A DNA stretch of 64,000 nt from contig NC_043024.1 of NCBI RefSeq assembly GCF_006345805.1, positions 14,942,001 to 15,006,000 of the forward strand. Reading direction: 5' to 3'. A program made the translations under genes and the position numbers. The notes below the pieces were generated by a model. It was not told where the DNA came from. It did no database searches and saw nothing but the letters and a program-made list of their open reading frames with translations. Origin of the DNA: Octopus sinensis. Its lineage: Eukaryota. Positions 24,410 to 34,514 of the stretch are shown here, in pieces (positions within the stretch are counted from its first letter, which is position 1; each line of letters opens with the position of its first letter).

Positions 24410-24735
24410 CTTTAGAGCAAGTTGTTTTACACCTATTACACTATTTTTCTTTTGTTTTTTTTTGCTCAGGTCAAACACTTACTCTATCGCTTTCTGTTCT
24501 CTATTCTACCAAAGGAACAGCAGAATTCATTCAAGAAATATAACTCTTTATACAAAGCATGCATTCCGATTGTTTATAGACATGCCTCTCCGTCATGGCT
24601 TGGTTTTACATAATATGTAACGGCGAATAAGATATGTTAACAACTTCGACCACTGTCCTTTCATTGAATCAGCACGAGCACCATTATTTTCATTTTTGAT
24701 ACAACCAAGCCGTTACACAATGATATAGATATATT

Positions 24736-25141
24736 CAGGCTGTGTGGTAAAGAGCTTGTTTACCAACAACATGGTTCCGGGTTCAGTCCCACTGCGTGGC
24801 ACCTTGCGCATGTGTCTTCTACTATAGCCCCGGGCTGACCAAAGCCTTGAGTGGATTTGGTAGACGGAAACTGAAAGAAGCCCGTCGTATATATGTATAT
24901 ATATATATATATATGTATGTGCGTGTATGTTTGTGTGTCTGTGTTTGTCCCCCTAGCATTGATTGACAACCGATGCTGGTGTGTTTACGTCCCCGTCACT
25001 TAGCGGTTCGGCAAAAAGAGACCGATAGAATAAGTACTGGGCTTACAAAGAATAAGTCCCGGGGTCGATTTGCTCGACTAAAGACGGTGCTCCAGCATGG
25101 CCGCAGTCAAAATGACTGAAACAAGTAAAAGATTAAAAGAG
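24736..25141 (+). mobile_element. SINE family A
   Basis: Full-length match. Confidence 0.85.
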
Positions 25142-25239
25142 AAAGAATTGTTGTAGGATCGACTGGTACGCGCACCGGGACCACTCTTCTTAAACAGTAC
25201 CATTAATTACATATTAAGATAAAAGATATAATAATCAAA

Positions 25240-25545
25240 TTCAATGTACCTTTGATGCTAGGCACCTTAACCATCCTAGACAGTCACAGAACGGCCCACA
25301 GCTTCTCCAAACACCGTCCGCCGCTCGGCTCTCTTTCTCTCTCCAGTTTCTTACTATTGGCAAATATATTAACAGTGTACATTTGTTTGTTTGTTTAACA
25401 TTATATTCACGAATTAAAGTTAATCAGTGGCAAAGGATCGAAACAAAAGCCCTTCTTTTGGCGTCGATTCATAAACGGGTGCAACGGACAGCGATAAGGG
25501 GGTGGAGACGGACTTCCGGTTGACCATGCGCATGACGTAAATGTA
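25240..25545 (-). promoter_or_regulatory. Putative promoter and first exon of ZNF copy 4
   Basis: Reverse complement of 4215-4460 (acttccgg, atgcgcat). Confidence 0.55.
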
Positions 25546-25583
25546 AACGACATAAACACAGACACACACATTAACCTGTCATT

Positions 25584-25978
25584 AGACGGCGGTCATGCTG
25601 GAGGACCAGCTCGAACTGTTTCTGTTGAACGAACCGACCCTAGTACTTCTGTGTTTTTTTTTCTTTATATAATAATAAAGATATTTAGGCGATCCTTCGG
25701 TATAGGTACACACGTGACTGTTTACATTTCTGAAGATAAGAGAAACCATCCAAAAAAATGTTTTATTTTGACACATTCTACCAGTATACGAAGTTTTAAA
25801 AGTGTTTAGTTAACTAGAAATTGTCTGCCGTTCAAAAGGAAAGTCACGTATGTACCTATACCGAAGGATCGCCTAAATATCTTTATTATTATATAAAGAA
25901 AAAAAACACACAGAAGTACTAGGGTCGGTTCGTTCGACAGAAACAGTTCGAGCTGGTGTTCCAGCATGACCGCCGTCT
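25584..25978. repeat. Inverted repeat, ~136-bp arms, ~122-bp spacer
   Basis: 25584-25719 vs 25842-25978, few mismatches. Confidence 0.9.
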
Positions 25979-26388
25979 CTCCCACCCCTAACACAAACCC
26001 TAACCCCCCCATATAAAAAAAACAAACACTTTCTTGAAATGTATCCAGTACTTTCGGTACCTATACCGATATTACGCTGATTATTTATTCTAGAAGCGCT
26101 AATTTCTGGGAACGCAAACAAACACCGGTTGTCAAGCAGTGTTTGGTAACCAACACAAACATTCACGGCCATGCTGGAGTCTTTTACTTGTTTCAGTCAT
26201 TTGACTGCGGCCATGCTGGAGCACCGCCTTTACTCGAACAAATCGACCATAGGACTTATTTTTTGTAAGCCTAGTAGTTATTCTGTCGGTCAATTTTTCC
26301 GAACCGCCAAGTTACGGGGACGTAAACTCACCAACATCGGTTGTCAAGCAATGGCGGGGAGACAGACACAGACACACATATATATATA

Positions 26389-26443
<55 letters not shown>

Positions 26444-26822
26444 TTTCCCCTCATCCATCACCCTCTTGTACTGTCTCATATTCCTCCCCACCACTACAAA
26501 TTCAATACCACTATAAAATGGTCAAAACTTTTCACACAGGAACTTAGTTAAACCCCACTAGAATGGGAGAAAGCGCTAATACATGATCTAAGTTATATGA
26601 TGTATAAAAAATGTAATATACAAATAAATATCTGTAAATATAAACCATCCGATTGTCTGAGTACCTCATTTCTTCTAATATAAAATACCTGTACATCATC
26701 TCCAAACCTTCCAATATATATATATATATATAATTATTGAAGTAGATAAATGAATTATCTTATTACGGATAGCGTTTGTCGAAAAGCTTGCTGTGCATTT
26801 TGTTGGAGAATTAAGTTCCTGG

Positions 26823-26908
26823 ATTTTCCTGAAGAGAAGGCTGCAAAATGGACTCCTTATTCAATCCGAAATAGGGACTTTGCAGCCTTTGAAACATATG
26901 TAGAAAAT
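26823..26908 (+). ncRNA. Type-I hammerhead ribozyme motif, intact core
   Basis: ATTTTC-CTGAAGA-[12-bp stem II with inner hairpin]-GAAA-CATATG-TA-GAAAAT; predicted cleavage after GUA (26902). Confidence 0.75.
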
Positions 26909-26960
26909 AATAAAAAGGAATTTTGTTAAATCTTCGTTCAGCTCCATTTCTTCCCTTCAC

Positions 26961-27005
<45 letters not shown>

Positions 27006-27013
27006 TATATAAT

Positions 27014-29808
27014 CAGGTGTACGGTTCTTGGAAGCAACGGATGTAAGGTTTCCCTTAAAAAATTATAGAAATAAAATTGAAACTATATTACTTATTTTTC
27101 ATGAGATCATTCTAATGCTTTCTAAGATTAACATAAACCACATGACAGACTTTTATTGTCGGAATTAGCATGAGACAACAAGCAGTGGTAGTCGACGAAA
27201 AAAAATCTGTGCAAGGGAAGCAACACGAGCAGTTGCATCCCGTTCGGTGTAATATTTTAACAATTTTTACCTAGTAAAAGCTAAGGATTAGTTTTAGAGG
27301 TTAATGATTTTAGATGCTAATAAGTACTTATACGCTTATATTACGTTTCTGTCAATTCGCGATACTTATGATATATATATATAATCTTACCTTGTTAAGT
27401 AACACATAGGAAAAAGGAAGCAAGTTGACATTCTGCTTCCGTCAGCAAAACGGTGAGAAGATAACGCGTGTAGTTTCTGCGTTTATTCAACTAATATTTT
27501 ATACTTTTCCAAATTACAGAACACCCTTAATATAAAATGGACGTGAAAAGGGATTGCGTATCAAGTCAATGTAACTGCATAATTGAAAGTTTGTTGAGTA
27601 ACAAGTTTTCTTCGAGAACTTACGCTGAAAAAGTATGTACTGTTCAAAGGGGTAGACCAATGCCTGATGTTTCTTTAACGAGTAAAGCAAAAAATTGTAT
27701 TCGAAAGTTTAGCAAAGTGCAATATGAGAAGACAAAGTGGTTAGCAGCTTGTTCTGGCTTCAATAAATTTTACTGTTGGCCCTGCCTGTTATTTAACAAC
27801 GAAAGAGGTACGTGGAATTCATATGGATTTTCTGATTTAAATAATTTGCATAAAGCCATTAAAAGACACGAGCTATCTTCTTCTCATTTAACATCAGTGA
27901 TTAATTTAACAAGATTCGGAAAAACGCCTACTGATTTTTTATTAAACAGCCAACATCGAAAGAATATTGAGACTCATAATGAAAAAGTAAAGAAAAATAG
28001 GGAGATCTTAAGACGATTAATTGATGTAGTTTGTTTTTTAAGTGAACAACAACTAGCATTCAGAGATCATGAAGAATCAGCTGATCCTGATAATGAGGGC
28101 AATTACGTTGAAATACTCCACCTCTGTAAGAAATACGATCCTATATTATCAAATTTGCAAGAGGCAGGCATTTTTTCTGACACTTCAAATAGTTTTCAAA
28201 ATGATTTAATAAATAGCGTGGCTGAAGTTCTTTTAGAAAAGATTAAATCGGAAATTAACGATTCAACATTTGTGGCTATTATTTTAGATGAAGCAAGTGA
28301 AATTAGAACTGGAGCACAACTTTCATTTGTTGTAAGATATGTTTTAAGTGACGGTAATATTGCAGAAAGATTTTTAGGATTTTTAAACGTAGGTTCTGAT
28401 CGTACGGCAAGTGGTTTGTCAAAGATTGTGTTCGATAAAATAGAAGAGTTAAAAATTGGTCATAAGTTTGTGGCTCAAACTTATGATGGTGCAAGTGTGA
28501 TGTCAAGCGAATTAAATGGTTTGCAAAAGAAAGTTAAAGAAAAGTATCCTAATGCTTTTTTTGTTCATTGTATGGCCCATAGATTAAATCTAGTTCTGTC
28601 TCAAGCAGCTGCAAATATTCAAGAATGCGATAAGTTTTTTTCACAGATAAAGTCTTTTTCGTTATTTTTTTGTAAGTTGACCAAACGCGTGCATCAATTC
28701 GATACTGAAATTAAAAGGCATTTTCCAAAAGTGGCGCCAACTGACTGGAACTTGAATCATTCGCTGGTAGAAACAGTACGTGAATATCATGAGAAACTTG
28801 CTGATTTATTCCTAAACATCATTGATAATTCAAGTAAATGGGATACAGAAAGCTATACCTATGCTCAGGCGTTGTATTCTAATTTACAAAATTGTGAATT
28901 CAATTTTTTGTTAAATGTGTTTGGAGATATTTTTATTTGCACAAATACAGCATTTGACACCCTCCAGACAAAACCATTTGACGTATCCTACTGTGTTCAT
29001 ACAGTAAATGAAATTGTGAAAGTTTTAAAAGAAAAAAAGCATGATTTTCCTAAATTTTGGGCTAACGTTGATGGCATTTATCCTCAAATAAAGAAAAGAA
29101 AAACTGCTTTGGAAACAGAAGAAGAAAGATACAGGCAGCTGTTCTACAAAATTATAGATTTAATTTGCGAGCAAATTGAGATAAGATTTCAAAATTTAAA
29201 TGAATTACATTTTTTAGCGCTTCTCGATCCAATGAGACAAAGTAACAACGTCCAGGAAACATCTTTAACTTCCCTTAAACATTCCTATGAAGACTATTTC
29301 GACAGCCAAAAGTTAAGAAGCGAACTTACTGCTTTGTACAAAGATGCTGAACTAAAAGGAAAATCCGTTCAAGATTTACTTTGCATTCTGCATAATAGTG
29401 GATTAGATGAAGCTTTGTCCCAGTTAACGAAGCTTTGTGAATTAATATTAACACTACCAACAAGTGCTACAGTGGAGCGCTCTCTTTCATACCTAAGCAG
29501 AATTCATAATTATACAAGAAATTCGCAGGGACAAGAAAAGTCAAGCAGTTTAGCTCTAATTGGCATAGAAAAAGCCGTTTTAAAAAGCATTAAGAACGAT
29601 AGCTTCTACAATGATGTTATCAACAATTTCAACCAGAAGCAGAGAAGGATTGAATTAATATTTAAATAAAATTGGTAAGTTTTAATTGTGATTTTGCTTA
29701 TTTTAAAAATAGCTGTATAATATGAACATGTCAACTTGATTCAAAATATCTATGACAGAAAATTTTGGTCATTGCTTCACCAGCCAGAAAGATTACCACA
29801 CGCCCCTG
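27014..29808 (+). mobile_element. Full-length hAT DNA transposon
   Basis: tataatCAGG ... CCTGattata inverted termini within TA/TACA microsatellites, repeated subterminal ggaagcaa / ttgcttc motifs, single transposase ORF. Confidence 0.7.
27537..29669 (+). CDS. hAT transposase (TTF-type Zn finger, DUF4371-like, DDE core, C-terminal dimerisation domain; ZMYM1-like architecture)
   Basis: Intronless 710-aa ORF; ILDEAS, TYDGASVM, HCMAHRLNL and ATVERSLS motifs. Confidence 0.85.
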   Translation: MDVKRDCVSSQCNCIIESLLSNKFSSRTYAEKVCTVQRGRPMPDVSLTSKAKNCIRKFSKVQYEKTKWLAACSGFNKFYCWPCLLFNNERGTWNSYGFSDLNNLHKAIKRHELSSSHLTSVINLTRFGKTPTDFLLNSQHRKNIETHNEKVKKNREILRRLIDVVCFLSEQQLAFRDHEESADPDNEGNYVEILHLCKKYDPILSNLQEAGIFSDTSNSFQNDLINSVAEVLLEKIKSEINDSTFVAIILDEASEIRTGAQLSFVVRYVLSDGNIAERFLGFLNVGSDRTASGLSKIVFDKIEELKIGHKFVAQTYDGASVMSSELNGLQKKVKEKYPNAFFVHCMAHRLNLVLSQAAANIQECDKFFSQIKSFSLFFCKLTKRVHQFDTEIKRHFPKVAPTDWNLNHSLVETVREYHEKLADLFLNIIDNSSKWDTESYTYAQALYSNLQNCEFNFLLNVFGDIFICTNTAFDTLQTKPFDVSYCVHTVNEIVKVLKEKKHDFPKFWANVDGIYPQIKKRKTALETEEERYRQLFYKIIDLICEQIEIRFQNLNELHFLALLDPMRQSNNVQETSLTSLKHSYEDYFDSQKLRSELTALYKDAELKGKSVQDLLCILHNSGLDEALSQLTKLCELILTLPTSATVERSLSYLSRIHNYTRNSQGQEKSSSLALIGIEKAVLKSIKNDSFYNDVINNFNQKQRRIELIFK

Positions 29809-29829
29809 ATTATACATACATACATACAT

Positions 29830-30043
29830 ACATACACGTAAAAAGCATCAACCGATCGTGGCCGTTTGCCAGCACATAAAAAGCACCCACTACACTCTCG
29901 GAGTGGTTGGCGTTAGGAAGAGCATCCAGCTGTAGAAACACTGCCAGATCAGACTGGAGCCTGGTGTAGCCTCCTGGCCTCCCTGACCCCGGTCGAACCG
30001 TCCAACCCATGCTAGCATGGAAAACAGACGTTAAACGATGATA
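29830..30043 (+). mobile_element. RTE 3' UTR fragment
   Basis: ttggcgttaggaagagcatccagc.. and gatgat tail. Confidence 0.75.
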
Positions 30044-30306
30044 CATACACACATACATGCATGACGGGCTTCTTTCTGTTTCTGTCTAGCAATTCCATAT
30101 ATATAAGGTGAATGAATTATCCTATGTTTACCGTCAACATGGAAAATTCGATGAACCGATACCAGGGTAGCAAATTCACGTCAGAAACACGGTTGAAGTG
30201 ACCTCTCCAAGGGTAGAAACTCCGGGTTCATGTGCAGAAATTTGTGTGTTATACATGAATAAATAAATATATGGAGTTGAACGAAGATGTTAACAAAATT
30301 CCTTTA

Positions 30307-30388
30307 CTCTCGACATATGTTTCGAAGACAACATGGTTTTATTCTAAAGGAATAAACGATGCAAGATGCAATCTTCTCATCAGGAAAG
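30307..30388 (-). ncRNA. Type-I hammerhead ribozyme motif, intact core, branched stem II
   Basis: Minus strand: CTTTC-CTGATGA-GAAGA..[two hairpins]..TCTTC-GAAA-CATATG-TC-GAGAG; GUC cleavage triplet at 30314-30312. Confidence 0.75.
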
Positions 30389-30789
30389 AAAGGGAGCCTC
30401 TCTCAACAACAAGACAAAACAATAATTGCGATGACTGCCTACATGGTAAACAAAACGATAATAAGTGTTTATATATAAAATATATATACACATAACAATG
30501 GCTGATAAAGTACACCGTATTTCGATATACTATTCAGTATATTAAAGGGTTGTAAGTCAGTATTGTGTCATACTTTTGTGTTAGCAGTGCATTATTTTCA
30601 TTTTTAAGTTTATCTCTACTGGTTATATAATCAGTGCTAGCTCCAAATTCTATAGATAATTATATATTGAGTTTGGAGCCAGCACCGAGTTTCATATACG
30701 AATAAACAATGCGATCGGGGATAGAAAACATATTTCAGGTTTTATCACTTCTTCTGCGTCACATCCAACTCATTGGCTATCTATGAATA

Positions 30790-31070
30790 TAACGTCGCCC
30801 TTTTCAAGCCTAGCCAGGCTCATGGGCCTGGTTTCTGTAGCGTATGTGTTCCCCCCAGCTGGACGGGACGTCAGTCCATGGCAGCGTTACTCAAGAAACA
30901 GGAAGAGAGAGCGAGAGAAAGTTGTGGCGAAAGAGTACAACAGGAGTCACCCCCACCCCTGCCGGAGCCTAGTGGAACTTTTTAGGTTTTTTCACGCCCG
31001 GTCTGGGAATCGAAACCGCGATCCTCCGACCGCGAGTCCGCTGCCCTAACCACTGGGCCATTGCGCCTCC
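30790..31070 (-). mobile_element. tRNA-derived SINE family C
   Basis: Head ggaggcgcaatggcccagtggttagggcagcggactcgcgg..ttcgattccc; matches 59052-59437. Confidence 0.8.
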
Positions 31071-31220
31071 ATCTATGAATATATTTCTTGAATAATCAAA
31101 GTTTAGTAGTGTAATACTATTGGATAGATCAACTTACGTATTAAACACATTGCTTGCTAACAATTAATACGTAGTCGGTTTATGACAAAATATACATAAT
31201 ACTTAAAGATTACTATATAT

Positions 31221-31436
31221 ATTTCTTTACTACCCACAAGGGGCTAAACACAGAGGGGACAAACGGATTAAGTCGATTACATCGATCCCAGTGCGTAACT
31301 GGTACTTAATTTATCGACCCCGAAAGGATGAAAGGCAAAGTCGACCTCGGCGGAATTTGAACTCAGAACGAAACTGCAGACAAAATACGGCTATGCATTT
31401 CGCCCGACGTGCTACCGTTTCTGCCAACTCACCGCC
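31221..31436 (-). mobile_element. SINE family B
   Basis: Full-length match. Confidence 0.85.
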
Positions 31437-31519
31437 TTAGATTACTATAGATCCAGTGTAGGCTATGCAAAAATATACTTTGTGCTTTCATGTTATTTTA
31501 CACAGTTGATTTATATTTA

Positions 31520-31764
31520 GGCATTCTTTCGATATAACTCGGCAAAATCAAAACACTTCACTTCGGGTATTTCCGTGGAAGCAAATGACAGTTCGATTCT
31601 GTTGTCTGCTTGGAAATTTGCGGATTTTACATACACACATGAACCAGGTAAGAACAAATATGCAAGGCTTGCTGGCATAATTTCGTTATATCTATACTCC
31701 ACAAACCACGGAAATACCCGAAGTGAAATGTTTTGATTTTGTCGAGTTATATCGAAGGAATGCC
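31520..31764. mobile_element. MITE with ~58-bp TIRs (GGCATTC..GAATGCC) and 8-bp TSD TATATTTA
   Basis: TSD at 31512-31519 and 31765-31772; second copy at 51148-51377. Confidence 0.85.
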
Positions 31765-32099
31765 TATATTTAATTCGATTTCCTTAAATCAATGAAACTG
31801 ATCAAGTATTCAATAATATAGATGTGCTTCAAACTAGACATGGACGTGAATTAGGGAGATGGCGGGAGACACCCGCGGTGCTGGTTTGTTTGTGTTCCCG
31901 TAAATTAGTATTCCTGCAACAAAGAGACCGATATCAAGATTATAAAAAAAATGTTGAGAACTGGGGTCGATTCGCTTGACAGAAACCCTTCGATGTGATG
32001 TCTCAGAATGTACGTGTGTATATTTATGTGTGGGGGTGTATATGCTTTTCGTGCGCTATAATATTCGTGTTTATGTCATGTTTACACATTTACAGTATA

Positions 32100-32363
32100 C
32101 GCCCGGTCGACCGGAAATCAGTCCCCACCGCTACAACCCCGCCACTCTTTCACATCTATATAGACAGACGTAGAAGTAAGGTTTTATTAATGATCTGCCA
32201 CTAATTAACTTTAATTTATGAATTTAACATAAAAAAAAGAGTTGTTTTAGCCAACTGCAAACAAACATACTGTTAGTATATTTCCCAATAATCAGAAACT
32301 CTAGAGAGAGAGAGCTGACCAGCGGAAGGTCTTTGGAGAAGTTATCACATCTGTTCCATTTTG

Positions 32364-32412
<49 letters not shown>

Positions 32413-32760
32413 ATATATTAAATTAGATATAAAACCACTATTAGGCAAATCATACAATGAAAAACTTAAGCCAATACATAAGATTATTTAATTTATATTA
32501 TTTAAATATATAACAAATTAAAAAAAAAAAATAATTAAGTTTGGATTTATTCCCTAATATTTATTATATATATATATATATAGACTACTGCATCACTCGT
32601 TTTATGTACAGGATTAGTAATATTGCGTTTCAACGGCATTGAGAAGCAGCCTCTAATGTAATTCGGCCTAAAAGGTTACCCCTTCTTCTGTCTCATTCTG
32701 TAACCCTTCCGGACGGTTAATGTGCCCAACATCCAAGGTACATTGAATCTGATTAATATG
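32100..32760 (+). promoter_or_regulatory. Possible promoter and first exon of ZNF copy 5
   Basis: ccggaaat motif, then gagagagagctgaccagcggaaggtctttggagaag and gtgcccaacatccaaggtacattgaat, paralogous to the first-exon module of copy 4 and of 18480-18597. Confidence 0.35.
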
Positions 32761-32881
32761 TTTTTTTATCTTAATATATAATTAATATATCTTTTATATA
32801 GCCACTTCGACTGGAAATATACATATATATTTATTTTCAGGTGATGCTAATGTAATCATTTTTTAATCTGTTTTATCATAA

Positions 32882-32918
<37 letters not shown>

Positions 32919-33265
32919 CTTGTGTTAGTCATGGGCCTGCAGACATGCTGTGGGCACCGCCTTTTGGGCCCCCACTCTTTTTTTTAGTTGAAATAAATCA
33001 AGCCTAGTACTTATTTTTAAAGCCCGATAATTACTCTATTGGGCCATGTTTGCCGAACCGATAGGTCGAAGGGACGTAAGGAAGCCAACAGCAATTGTCA
33101 AGTGGCGAGGAACAAACACAAACACACACACACACACATATTTACTCTTATGCGTTTCAGCCTAAATGTTCTGGTCATGATATCACTTATTCCGATAATT
33201 CTCAACTAGTGCGGTGGAATAATTGAAAGACAATCAAAGATTTAGAAAGTTTCAAAAGGGAATAT

Positions 33266-33429
33266 GGCGCAGGAGTGCCTGTGTGGTAAGTAGCTTGTTT
33301 ACCAACCACATGGTTCCGGGTTCAGTCCCACTGCGTGGCACCTTGGGCAAGTGCCTTCTACTATAGCCTCGGGCCGACCAAAGTTTTTGAGTGGATTTGG
33401 TAGTCGGAAACGGAAAGAAGCCCGTCGTA

Positions 33430-33480
<51 letters not shown>

Positions 33481-33687
33481 ATGGTTGTGTGTCTGTGTTT
33501 GTTCCCCTAGCATTGCTTGACAACCGATGCTGGTGTGTTTATGTCCCCATTACTTAGCGGTTCGGCAAAAGAGACCGATAGAATAAGTACTGGGCTTACA
33601 AAGAATAAGTCCCGGGGTCGAGTTGCTCGACTAAAGGCGGTGCTCCAGCATGGCCGCAGTCAAATGACTGAAAAAAGTAAAAGGAGT
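33266..33687 (+). mobile_element. SINE family A
   Basis: Full-length match. Confidence 0.85.
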
Positions 33688-33791
33688 GAAAAAAAAAAAG
33701 AATGATTTCAAAATTTAGAATACGATTGGACTCTTTTTAGATATACCACCAGAAACCACATCCATCTGTCTCTTCAAAAGTACTATTTATT

Positions 33792-34133
33792 CTTCTACAG
33801 TTCTCCACGACATATTGCAGTGAACAAGGATCTTCAGTTCTGGCAAAACTGAGGGAAAGGCTTTGTGTTGATGAGGAGGTGAGAGATTGTTTATCTCAAA
33901 TTAGGCCTAATATAAAGGAGATTACTCAACAAAAACAAGTTTATACCTTGCATTAAATTTGTGTACTTTAATCATATCATAAGTTATTTTGTGTTATATA
34001 TTATGTTTAACGAACTATTAATTGTTTTTTTTTAAATTTTAAATGCATTTCTATCACTTAAAATTTGGTGAGGCATGAGCAAATTTTCATTCTGAAAACG
34101 TGGCCCAAAGAAAAAAATGTTGGGGAACCACTG
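33792..34133 (+). mobile_element. hAT (Buster/Charlie-like) transposase C-terminal relic with right TIR
   Basis: LLQFSTTYCSEQGSS..VRDCLSQIRPNIKEITQQKQVYTLH* (33792-33956) and gttggggaaccactg terminus. Confidence 0.6.
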
Positions 34134-34514
34134 ACCTATTCAATATTGTTGGTCTTTGGTGAAGGAATAAGTTTGATATTTCTGCCCTCGTTTGAGTTTT
34201 TTGCCAAGATGTAGGTTCATTTGGGATCTTGGACAAGGTGCTTCTTGAAAATATCTACTGCTACAGCATATAGATGTTTCAGTTTTTTTTTTTTTTTTGC
34301 AGCATATTAAATAGCCATGGGTTTTGAATCCCAAGATATTGGCTGTTATCTGGCCCTAAATATGATGGGTGAGACCTTTGGAACAATGCAGTGATGTTCT
34401 GTTCAGGGATTGGTTTAACTTTTGATGTCAAAGTTTGGTGCCAGCCCCTCTAGGACCTTTAATATGTATATTACCACATATGTCTCCTCTTTGCTCCACA
34501 CACACACACACACA

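Noticed and set aside
27537-29669. Calling the ORF ZMYM1
   Set aside because: It is intronless, has no MYM fingers and is bounded by transposon-like termini; the similarity reflects the shared hAT domain.
30634-30685. 17-bp imperfect hairpin gtgctagctccaaattc / gagtttggagccagcac
   Set aside because: Large AT-rich loop and mismatches on both strands; no supporting context.
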